The notes beneath the pieces are model-generated. The model saw only the letters and a program-made list of their open reading frames with translations. It did not search any database and was not told the DNA's origin. A stretch of DNA of 64,000 nucleotides from Podarcis bocagei (lineage: Eukaryota): assembly GCA_964188305.1 (NCBI GenBank), contig OZ076886.1. One strand, written 5' to 3'. A program made the translations under genes and the position numbers. Shown piece after piece: positions 13,058 through 23,806 of this stretch; position 1 is the stretch's first letter; each line of letters begins with the position of its first letter.

Positions 13058-13276
13058 TCTTGAGGTAGAGTCTACAGGAGCTCAGAAGCATCTCAGTTCA
13101 TGGTAAATCATACGTAAGGGATGAGGGTGAACATGTCCAAACAAAAGCGCAGAGGGGCCAAAGCAGTGCAGAAGAAAGAGCATGTGCCCAAGATATTTGG
13201 AGAGAGACCTAAACCAACATGGGATATCAGGGTTGTTGTTTTTTTAATCATTATTCCCAAGTCATTCTGAATTTAC

Positions 13277-13383
13277 CTTGTTTTTTAAAGAGATTGCTGC
13301 ATACTATATTCTTCATGGAGCGCACTTTATGATTCTGTAGAGATTTTGGTGGAATGCAAGTATAAAATTCATATAAGAGCTGG
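13277..13383 (-). CDS. DOCK2: DOCK2 exon 25 (107 nt)
   Basis: ttgcag|...|gtaaat; [35 protein letters not shown](E). Confidence 0.93.
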
Positions 13384-13765
13384 CTGCAAAAGATAGAAAA
13401 ATGAAATGATTAGATTAAATTAATATGGTATATTTAAAAAAAGAATCTGATGAAACATATGGAGGTCTTCCAAACAGTTAAACTCGCTAGTGTTTGCCAT
13501 AGATACTTTAACTGTCACAACAGAGCAATTGTTATTTTCCTGCTTATTCTATATCTGGTAATGAGAAGCCTATGCTTTTTAGACACATTGCTTATGTCAA
13601 CTTAGGCTGTTTCTGAAATCAGATATGACTTCAGTTCCAGAATAAGAGTTTGCAGCAGCAATGCATCAAGTGTGAATTTACTTAACTAACTAACCCAATA
13701 CCAGCATAGTCCTGCCAAAGGTATAGTGTCAGCTAGATGACACTGAATTCTGAATGTTAGCTCAC

Positions 13766-13836
13766 CTAAGTAACCTGACATCAAACACTGTTTCTACATC
13801 TTGGAGAACAGAAGGAATATACTTCAAGGCAGCCAC
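13766..13836 (-). CDS. DOCK2: DOCK2 exon 24 (71 nt)
   Basis: tttcag|...|gtgagc; VAALKYIPSVLQDVETVFDVRLL(S). Confidence 0.94.
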
Positions 13837-14756
13837 CTGAAAGAAAGAAATATAAAATACTTGATCATTTTGATGCATGTTTCATAAACACCTGTAAACT
13901 AAAGGCCATCATACTCAGGAAAACCCATGTTTTATCGCTAAATGAGAACAAATGGCAATCCTTGGAAAACCTAATTGCTGCTTGCTCTGATTCAGCTGGA
14001 AAACACTGGTATTCCCGAGAAGAGTGCCAGGACCACCACCCCCCACCCCACCCCCAAAAAATCACTGCTCAAACATGCAGTTTTAAAGCAAGAACCTGTG
14101 CCTAGAAATGCAGCACAAAGGGAAGTCTGGATGAGTATCATCACAACTTAAGGATACATGAGGATAGCTTAATAATAAATGGGACCCTGAGCTCCTGGTA
14201 AGAAGCATTTAGATTGATGAAAAAAACACAAATGGAAATAAAATAATCAACTTGTTTTCTCCTGACTCTCCACTACAAAAGAATTACGCACATTACACAA
14301 CCATACACTCCCACAGAACCAACCTGAAGTAAACCAACTGCATTTGCTTTCGCTCAGTAATACCTAGGCTTATATTTTAGACTGGAAAGGGCATTATGGT
14401 AAGCTAGGCTTCTGGACACATTACCCATACACATGGATGCTGCATATTTATGAGATGAGATACACACACACTATTCCCACCACAGTATTAATATTTTAGC
14501 TGATTCCATCACAACAAATTTGTGAATGTGAAAGATACATGATGATAATTATGGCAGATACATTCCGGTTTGTTAATAAGAAAGCAAGTCCCTGCGCTAT
14601 CCTTACTCTCAGGGGAGCAGTAGACACATCGAGGCTCAAAAAGATGGCCCCAAAGAAATGGAAATAAAAGCTCAGTTCAATTTTTATTCAGGTCTTTATT
14701 AAACAAAACTTCAAACAGAGAAGCATGTGCAAAGTGCTGCTTGTTGTTTCCACGTG

Positions 14757-14758
<2 letters not shown>

Positions 14759-14803
<45 letters not shown>
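14759..14803. repeat. (AC)n microsatellite
   Basis: Directly visible; produces spurious HT/CV-repeat ORFs. Confidence 0.95.
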
Positions 14804-14805
<2 letters not shown>

Positions 14806-15190
14806 TGGTACGTCACATGTCCTAAAGAACACCACACTTCTATGTTTCTCAAGGGCAAACCCATTAAGTATGGCACACTCTGGCAAAGACAATGTTGCTG
14901 TTTACAATGTCTGGTACAAAGCTTGCCATTCAGGTTCACCATACTCCAACAAACAGAGATAACAAAGGTGTCACTTTTAATTATTTCACAGTTATTTCAA
15001 TTGTCTTTTAAAAGCAACGTGCCAACTTATTCCATTCCTTTTGGGTAACAGTCACCACAAAATGCTACTTGCAACATAAAGCTTTGCATGTACTGTACTA
15101 CTGTGTACTGTTTTTGAGGGGGGAGGGTAAAAGGGAACAGAATTATTCATTTTATTACATATTTTATCTCATCCTTCTTTCAAGTAACTT

Positions 15191-15603
15191 AGGGCTGTGT
15201 GCGTAGTGTATCCCAACCACCACTTTGTCTTTGTGACAATTCTAGGTCTGAACAGGCAGTAATTCTGGGGGCAGACTGGAGCGAAGCCTGCTCCACTCTT
15301 CTCCGCTCCCAAGTCCCACCCCCATGGACTGGCCTGATTGGCCAGAACTCAAAATTGAGATGGGTGGGAAACCCTACCCTCTTCCATGGCCAGCATAGGG
15401 ATTTTCCAACTTCCGGCCACCCTGTCCAGCATTGTTTCTGGGGGGTCAGGAACAGTCGCAACAGGCTGCAGCTGCCGCCCACCACAGGACTGGGTAAGCA
15501 GCCATTCTGGGAATAATCAAAGCACACTGGCAGTGGATAGCACTGTGCCTGCTAACCCCACCAACAATCGCAATACATGGATTGACTCTTCTGCACATAG
15601 CCT
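15191..15603. mobile_element. Probable MITE (PIF/Harbinger-like)
   Basis: GC-richer island bounded by imperfect inverted repeats GGCTGTGTGC / GCACATAGCC. Confidence 0.35.
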
Positions 15604-15698
15604 GTTTATGTACAACTTGTACAAACATAAGCTCTGTCCACAGATTCTGTACTATGAAAAAAATACCGAATGAAGTCCACACAGATTAGACACATTCC

Positions 15699-16079
15699 CA
15701 GGGCTGGATATTAACCATGAAGCAAAATAAGCAAGTGCTTAGGGCATCAAGGGAACAGGAACACCACAGAAATTTTCCATTGCCAGATTTTTAACATTAA
15801 TGGTCACAAATTGCTCCACTGAGTGTTCATTTTCTCACTTGAAGTATGTTAAAAATCCCAACAGAACAATTATGCAACAAGGCAGGCTGGTTACCTTATC
15901 TCTACTAAGTATAGAAGTAGATGTGTTGCGTAAGATTAGTTTTGAGGATGTGATCAAAGACTTTGCAATTAGAAAAAGTAGGAGAATTTTTTTAAAAGTA
16001 TAAATAAAGTGGAAGGATACAAAAATAAACATTATTTTCCATCTTACTATCGGTTTTGCAAAATAAAAAATATTTTATG

Positions 16080-16123
<44 letters not shown>

Positions 16124-16175
16124 CACCAAAATCTTTTAAGTGCTTATGACGTCTACAAGTGTTAATGTGGCCCTG
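15699..16175 (+). mobile_element. Internally deleted hAT (Tip100-like) transposon retaining the transposase C-terminal dimerisation domain
   Basis: Termini CAGGGCTGGATATTA / TAATGTGGCCCTG; 8-bp flanks CACATTCC / TATGTTCC; ORF 15800..16003 MVTNCSTECSFSHLKYVKNPNRTIMQQGRLVTLSLLSIE... fits the hATC motif. Confidence 0.85.
16082..16122. repeat. (GT)n microsatellite inside the hAT element
   Basis: Directly visible. Confidence 0.95.
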
Positions 16176-16369
16176 TATGTTCCTTCCTCCATGTGGTAAT
16201 TATCCTCAGAACTCTCTTTCACACTAGGTTCATGTGACATAGGTTAGGCTGTGAGAAATTCAGCCAAGGATACCCAGGGAATCTTATGAATGAGAAGGAA
16301 TTTGAATTTGGCTGACCAGCACTCTAGCCATTATGCTGTACTGGTTCTACTAAAAGGCCAAAACATTTC

Positions 16370-16690
16370 TATCTATCTAGTTATTTATTTATTCTATTCC
16401 ATAAAATTTATATACTGCTTGATTGTAAAAACAAACCTGAAACTGGTTTACCAAAACAATAAAATATATCAGTAAAAGAATAAAAGTATCAGTAAAAACA
16501 GCTATTTAAAATATCTCAAAAACAAATCAGCAATAAACTAAAAACAAATCTAAATCAACATTCCACATATCTGAGTAGGCTTGTCTAAGCAAACATGTTT
16601 TTGGCAGTCACCAAAAAGTACAGTGAAGGAGCCTGCCTGATATCAAGAAGCAATGAGTTCCAAAGTGTAGGTGCTGCCACATTAAAATAT
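16370..16690 (-). mobile_element. L2 3' fragment
   Basis: (TTTA)n tail and GCCTGCCTGATATC...GAGTTCCAAAGTGTAGGTGCTGCCAC, typical of reverse-oriented L2. Confidence 0.55.
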
Positions 16691-18289
16691 AGATTTCTTA
16701 TGAATAGCAAAGTAAATCTAAACAGCCAGAAAATGCCCACAAATAAGTGACATATCTGAAGTTAACAGACATGTACATGGACATTTTCATCATGTGGTCC
16801 TAAGCATTAGCTTGCTTAAAAGGAACGAAATGTTCACAGATATTCATGGGTTATTTAAACAAAAACAATTTTTTTTAATCATTTGTCTCTAGAAGTGAAT
16901 AGCCCCTTCAATTGCAAGCAGGGAGCCTTAAGAAACTTAAAAAGCAGGCCACCTAAATATGACTGTTCCTTCAGTAAAATCCCTTCCCACTCTCCTCAAA
17001 CAAAAATTAATTTGAAAGGCATTTCTTGTAGCCTTACTTGATTCTCCAAGATTGATTGTTTTTAAAGTGCCTATTTGTAAGGCAGTTTCTTCAGAGCAAG
17101 ATAATACAGAAATTTGGAGGTGGGGAAGAATAGTAAGAGAGGGTTATTTTTTAAAAAAATCATTACATTGTCTGGTTTCTATAAGAAAAGTATTCCAAGC
17201 AAAGGTGGGGGGGGAATACTTAGGAAGTTTGAGGGGGAGACTTCTCCACCCAAATTCAAGTGATACAACTAAAAATATTCCTGCAGTTTCGCTCAGGATC
17301 GTAAGCTTAGTTTTATGATCAAAGTGCTCAGCTGCTCTCATTTATACTCAGTCCATGTACACACTGCTGTGGCATTTCCATTTTAGTGCCTATCTTTTCC
17401 AACATACTTGGCACCTTATCTTTCCCTGCTGCTGAAGTCTGACTTAAAACATGGCATTTCCTTTCCTTGTGGTTTCAACTTCTCTCATGTTGTTACTGAA
17501 ATATTCATTTGCTGACCATAATTAATGATATTTGGACATGTTTAGGGCACTTCTGCCTCCTGGACAGCTACGTGTTTAAAATCATCTCTGTGTGAGCAAT
17601 CAGTCATTGCCCTAGACTACAAAGCCCAAATGAAATCAGGTGCTTGAGGAAAACACATTTGCTTTGCTTAACAACCACACCACAAAGCAAAACCAACCAA
17701 ACAAACAAAGCCCAACTTGTATTCTTCTGAGCAGATGATTAAGAGGATAATTCTATATATATATATATATATATGTATGACACATTTTCATATGCTGACC
17801 TTCAACTATCAACAACAATAGTCCTTAGTTTCCTGGCTCATATTTTTTAAAAAACAACAACAACAGTAAAATGCCATGCTTAAATTACTTTTAGCAGCCT
17901 CAAGTCCACAGAATGTAAGCCTCTTCATCCATATTTGGTCTCACTTTCCCAGTTTATCACTACCTATTCCAACGTGCAGATCTTTAGCATTGAAACTAAA
18001 TAGAGGGATTCAAAGTGCAATTGATTATTTTTTGCTCTAATACTCAGCTGTGCTACTTCGCAGGAAGATTGATCGTCCAGCCCTTAGTAGTGGGATTACA
18101 TTAGCTGTAAGATTTCACAGTGCTATCACAAATCTAAATAACACCCCAGCCTCAAAATAATAAATAAATTTGAATATATCTCCAAGAAAGGCTTCTGCAA
18201 ATACCAAAATAGAATTTAGATCTTGTGCTAGCCTATTTGGCACCTCGATATTTATTAGTGCTATTCACCAATGCACAGGATTCAGATCA

Positions 18290-18416
18290 GCTGGGACACA
18301 AGACTCTTAATCTCAGGGTTATGGGTTCGAGCCCCCCCCCCCTTGGGCAAAAGATTCCTGCATTGCAGGGGGTTGGACTAGATGACCTTTGTGGTTCCTT
18401 CCAACTCTACGATTCC
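18290..18416 (+). mobile_element. SINE with tRNA-Lys(CTT)-derived head and CR1-derived tail
   Basis: GACTCTTAATCTCAGGGTTATGGGTTCGAGCCCC (tRNA-Lys anticodon/T arm, B-box) joined to GATTCCTGCATTGCAGGGGGTTGGACTAGATGACC...TTCCAACTCTACGATTC. Confidence 0.75.
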
Positions 18417-18627
18417 TTTTTGGTGCCTCAGAAAACAACCTACCTAAGTCTAAGGCATATCATACGCTGCCTGATTAAGCTCAGGTTTCCTCTGAGTCTT
18501 CTTTATCCCTCTCCACCCCATTCGCTACAACACCAAGTTGTCAAAGGAAGCTATACAGCTACATTCACTTTCTAAAAGAATGGGGGGGGGGGCAGAGGTA
18601 GTCATGTTGTTGGCAGGGAGGAATAAT

Positions 18628-18776
18628 AAAGAACTTTCTGACAGTAAGAGGTGTTTGACAGTGGAACAGACCCCCATGAGAGGTGACTGACTCTCCTTGG
18701 ATAGTTGAGATTCCTGCATTTCAGGGGGTTGGACTAGATGACCCTCAGGATTTCTTCCAACTCTACAATTCTATTA
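18628..18776 (+). mobile_element. CR1 LINE 3' end
   Basis: AAGAACTTTCTGACAGTAAGAG (ORF2 NFLTVR), then the same tail as the adjacent SINE. Confidence 0.75.
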
Positions 18777-19027
18777 TTCAAATATTGACTCAATATTCAA
18801 TATTTCAGTATTTATTTGTTTTTTTAAAAAATCTATTTCTCAGCATTTTTCATGTGGGCAAAGCTAGTCACATAGGCACAAATTCTGTCAGAAAGCCCTA
18901 AACATTTGGAATGATTTCATATGATTGCAGGAGTCCCACAGAGTGCTACCCACATAGTTACTGTAACAGTGAAAGGGCACTCTGGGCAGACCAATAACAA
19001 TGTATTCTACTTCTAAGCACCTGCTTA

Positions 19028-19374
19028 AGGTACCCCTGCTCATACGGGCCAGTCTTGACAGACTCTAGGGTTGTGCACTCATCTCACTCTAGAGGCCGGG
19101 AGCCAGCGCTGTCCGAAGACACTTCCGGGTCACGTGGCCAGCGTGACAAGCTGCATCTGGCGAGCCAGCACAGCACACGGAACGCCGTTTACCTTCTCAC
19201 TGGTAAGCGGTCCCTATTTATCTACTTGCACCCGGGGGTGCTTTCGAACTGCTAGGTTGGCAGGCGCTGGGACAGAGCGAAGGGAGCGCACCCCGCCGCG
19301 GGGATTCGAACCGCCGACCTTTCGATCGGCAAGTCCTAGGCGCTGAGGCTTTTACCCACAGCGCCACCCGCGTC
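19028..19374 (-). mobile_element. Sauria SINE (Squam1), near full length, young
   Basis: Head GACGCGGGTGGCGCTGTGGG (A-box) and GGTTCGAATCC (B-box); ends GGGGTACCT; perfect 13-bp TSD AAGCACCTGCTTA at 19015-19027 and 19375-19387; CpG-rich. Confidence 0.92.
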
Positions 19375-19597
19375 AAGCACCTGCTTAGAGTAGATTATTT
19401 GGTCCTAAAGAACTTTCAGCGTTAAAATAAGCATACAAACAACACACACACACACAAGTTTCTGAGAGCTCTTGAGAAATTCTATACTTCCATTAGAGGG
19501 AGGGAGGGAAAGAGAGATTGAGCTCCCCAAAGCTGCCTATCTACATATGTACTTCCACATGCTCTAATCCAGGGCAAGACAGGTAAAGTAGGCAAAC

Positions 19598-19706
19598 CTG
19601 TGGTATAAGGGCTGTTTTTTCTTGACTTCTCATCAGGTTGTTGATTGATTCAAAAAGCCTCCTCATTGCTTCTTCAAATTCTGTCACTTCTTTGCCTTCA
19701 TACAGC
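19598..19706 (-). CDS. DOCK2: DOCK2 exon 23 (109 nt)
   Basis: tctcag|...|gtttgc; [36 protein letters not shown]. Confidence 0.92.
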
Positions 19707-19914
19707 CTGAGAGAAAACATATTCTCATTAAGAAATGTAACTCCCTAACAAATAAAAAAATGAAATCACTGGATTGTTATTATCAGACAGATACATCGGT
19801 ATGTCCCTAAAATGACTAACCTAATGTTATTGTTCTAATTCATGGACACAGAACATAAAAACATACTTATTTATTTCCCTCCTCCCACCCCAAGTTAATA
19901 GCCTTTACAGAAAA

Positions 19915-20195
19915 AATACTTGAGGCTGTCTTTGGAAGACAACTTGGACATTTCATGTAGTATGCATTGCAGTAATCCAGTCTGGAAATTGCTAGAGCAT
20001 GGAGTAACATGGTTGAGTCATCTCCATCCAAAATGGCCTGTAGCTAGTGAACCAGACATAGCTGGAAACAGGCACACCTAGCTACCTGGGCCTCAAATGA
20101 CAATGTTGGATCCAGGAGTACCCCCAAGCTATGGAGCTGTTCCTTCCAGGGGAGTACAACCCAGTTCAGAACAGGCTGTCTCCCCATGTCCTGCA
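19915..20195 (-). mobile_element. L2 ORF2 fragment
   Basis: ORF 20044..20283 contains LPWKEQLHSLGVLLDPTLSFEAQV, an L2 post-RT motif. Confidence 0.75.
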
Positions 20196-22739
20196 CTTGA
20201 GAACTCGGAAAACATATACAGACATCATCCGGACCCATGCAACTACTAAGAACTAAGACGTGATAAAAATCTACTACTAGCACTATTAGCAGGAGCAGTC
20301 TAGATTAATTCAGGACTATAGTTTTAGGAAATCCCAGACAATGGTAGCCCTATATTTTTAAAACACAAACACAACACTGCTACTTAGATTACTAAACTTC
20401 TAACTGCCCCAGCATTTGGATGCCACTTATTCTGTTCAGATGAATAATGCTGTAGCCTGTACTATACAAGTCTGTAGCACGAAACCCTCAAATTCCTTCT
20501 CATCAGTTTCTTGTAGCACAATTAAAGCACCCAATGCTATTCATAATTGTTTCCTGAGTAACTCCATCACTATCCAATTCTGTGTCAAATCGAGATATTA
20601 AGAAAACCAGACAGCAAATGTGAATTAGATTACCAGCCAGCATGAATTAATATCATATCCCAGCAGTATTTATAAAAGGCGAAAGCAGGATTTAGCCATT
20701 CATCATCTGGTTGTATTATACCTTTATTAAATCAAATATCAGTTAATACATATTGCCTTTTTCCGAAAAAGGTAAAGCTCAAAGCTTGCTAATTAACAAC
20801 AAAATTAAGGACTTTTCCCAATTCACATTAGTTAATAACAGTACTGAAGCCTTCATTCTATCAGGTTTATCAGTGGTCGTTAAAGCTGATTTAATCTTCT
20901 TTATTAGCAAATTAATCTAACCCGCTACATGAGGTTGAAACAAGAATGGAAAGGCATGTTTTATTATGACAAGGGAAGGCTAATACTTGCCTGAAGCCTA
21001 TATACAAAAGCTAACAGCAATCCAATCTGCAAGTTACAGTTGCTTCCTCTGGCACCATTTACTTCCAACTAAAAGTCAAAGCTTACCCTTGCATGAAGAT
21101 GCGATGTAGTCAAGCACATTAGACGTGTAAGACTCTCTCATACATTATAGCAGCACAACATGGAAACAGGATTTGTAAACATCACTTTTTACAATGTATT
21201 TTCTCAGCTGGGAGAAGCCATTTTATGATTGTTTCTACTCACATTTTTTTGCCAGTTATTTCAACTATATTCTGATACACCATACAACTTGGTTACGACA
21301 ACCAGCATCTATGTTGGTGAAATATTGCTTACCTTTATTAAACATCACTGCTTTGATGTAGCATATTATTCCTTCGTCATACAAAGAGCCCATTGCTGTT
21401 GATGTATTTATTTAATAATGAGCATAAGTGCTGGGTTGCTGTTGGTTTCCCACCCCCAACCCCCATATCTACTACACAGCATCTCAATTTCCTGATTTGA
21501 CAATGTTTTTGTTTAGTTTATATTATACGGTAGTACTAGTGATCCAGAGATCTATTGGTACCACCCAAAACAATTAAACGGCACTAATTTCAAGTCAGTA
21601 TTGCTCCTTCAGAACTCATAGCTCTAAAAGTCTAAAAGAAAACAAGCATACCTGCAGAAGAGGTAACCTGGGACTTGTAAAACAAATAATAGCCTAAAAT
21701 ATATTTATAGAAATTTTACTCCAAATACAGTATTCATTTTTTAAGAAAAGCTCAACTATTGCCATGGAGATGCAAGACCCTTGCAAACCTTGAGCATACT
21801 TTTGTTAAGCACACTAAAAAGGTGAAGTGGGACTGCGCTGCTGAACCCACCTCCAATCTCACATGCACTGCTGACCCTGCCCGTTTAGGTACCTGCAAAG
21901 CATTGCCTGTTTGTGCATAGGCACTCCTTTGCAGGATTTTTAATGTGGGCAAAACTTACACACAAGGGGGTCAGGGCCAGTGCTGCAGTCTCCCTCTCCC
22001 TCTCACATTTTGCGTACATGTGGAGAAGAGCTGAAGTGGGCAACTGAAGCCATTTAACCACCCTGCAACTGTCACAGGCACAAGTTGTGCTGAAAGTGCA
22101 ATAACATATAGCCTCTCCATCAACACCAGGTATGTACATCATGATGAATCTTCAATAAAAATAATGCCTGGAGGGGTCCTGACATGTAACTATAGACCAG
22201 CTTTGAATGAAGCTTGCTCAAAGTGCTGGGAAGTGATTTTCCTGTGTTTGCAATAGGGTAGGAAAATAATATCTAGAATGTGTTGGGGAATGAATATTTC
22301 AAAAGACTGAAATACTGAGTGAAGGTCAAAAGTGATTGTCTTTTGACAGATGGCAAACTTGCAGTAATGAAAAAAAGCTTAAAGCTTTTGTCAACAACAC
22401 TTGAGAAAAAATAAAGCAATCATCTAAAAAGATACTGTTATTATGTCTGACGGTTGCTGCAAGGTTGTAGCTTTTAGTTGATCTAATGGATACATGAAAA
22501 CCTAGAGAAGTAGAGGTAACTTCAGCTAATGGGATGTATCTTTGGTTTCATTTTAGACCAGTAGTTCTACAAATAAATCAGACTATCAACATATGTATAA
22601 GCCATAGGTTTACTCTGATTTCCCTCTCCAGGGTTTCATTTGGATGTATATTGACAACAATTGTGTTGTGACAACAATACAGGCCAGAATTGATTACCTG
22701 TGCTTAAATTACGTGAAATGACTTCAATTTCTTTTGGAG

Positions 22740-23555
22740 GAGAGATTCCCCACTATGTCACACACAGAACAGAAACAGACCAAATGTTGGAAGGACAGTA
22801 TCCAACGCCTCTTGTCCCAATACCAATTACAAGATTTTCAGGTGACTATGAAGATGGACAAGAGGCACTTAAGAGATTGTCTCTTTAGGTCCCATGCAGA
22901 AAGGGATCTAACCATGATGGCTTCTACCAAGAGTTCGCCATGGTTCCTACTTATTAAAACCGAGCATACCGGGGCCATTATCTGTCAAAGCTCCCACTTG
23001 CCATGCTTAGAATTGCTTTCACAGAATTTCGATACCCTCAGCGGTGTTGGATGGACGCTACAGCAAAGTACATTATGAAGAAATACTTTGTGTGGGCAAC
23101 CCTGTGTGGAGGACCTGTACCACTATTTATTGCAATGCCTATTATATATAGACCCAAGAGACCGATTCATAAAACCCCTGTTTCCGAATGGAACTCACTT
23201 GAATAGTTGGAAAGGGTGAAATGGCTGCTGAGCGATACTGATGACTTTGTAAGTTATAAAATAGCACTCTATGCGCTGGCAGCTAAGAAGATCAGGAGGA
23301 AAGAACTAGATAAAATAGCGGTCAACTGCAAAGGGGATTCGGATATTTAATTTGCCACATTTTACTAGCGAATCTTCTGCTATTCTATTTTATGCGACAA
23401 ACAATCTTAGTAGTTGTGACTGTGGTTTATATTGTATGTGTGGTGCCTGATGATTTTTATGGTTATTGCTGTTTTTCCTTTTGTTATTTTTCTGAATGAT
23501 GCCATGGCCTATGGCTAGCGCAATAAATGTCTATGATGCTGATGATGCTGATGGC
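22740..23555 (+). mobile_element. 5'-truncated non-LTR retrotransposon (RTE-X-like) with C-terminal zinc-knuckle remnant
   Basis: Frameshifted peptide LRIAFTEFRY..SAVLDGRYSKVHYEEILC..VEDLYHYLLQCLLY..; stop near 23350; 3' UTR; AATAAA; (TGATGC)-type tail. Confidence 0.7.
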
Positions 23556-23753
23556 GACAATGACAGGCAATACAAAGCCTAGTCTAATTATAACAAGCAC
23601 ACTAGATAAAATTGTTGCAGTGGGGAGAAGAAGGAATTTCAACCTAAGCATTAAATTAAATTGTGGTAAAATGTTGGTCTCCACGCTAAGCTAAAATTGA
23701 GGAGTTTGAGCTGAAGTTTTTGAACAGTCTGGGGTTTATGTTTCCAATGTGTC

Positions 23754-23756
<3 letters not shown>

Positions 23757-23803
<47 letters not shown>
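23757..23803. repeat. (AG)n microsatellite
   Basis: Directly visible. Confidence 0.95.

Positions 23804-23806
<3 letters not shown>

Noticed and set aside
660-13276. Nested antisense gene (INSYN2-type) in a large DOCK intron
   Set aside because: No matching ORF was seen; in mammals the host intron lies further 3', outside this window
14677-15048. Four overlapping ORFs with HT/CV repeats
   Set aside because: Artefacts of the (AC)n microsatellite
18295-18345. tRNA-Lys(CTT)-like sequence
   Set aside because: The 5' half is missing and it is fused to a CR1 tail, so it is a SINE and not a tRNA gene
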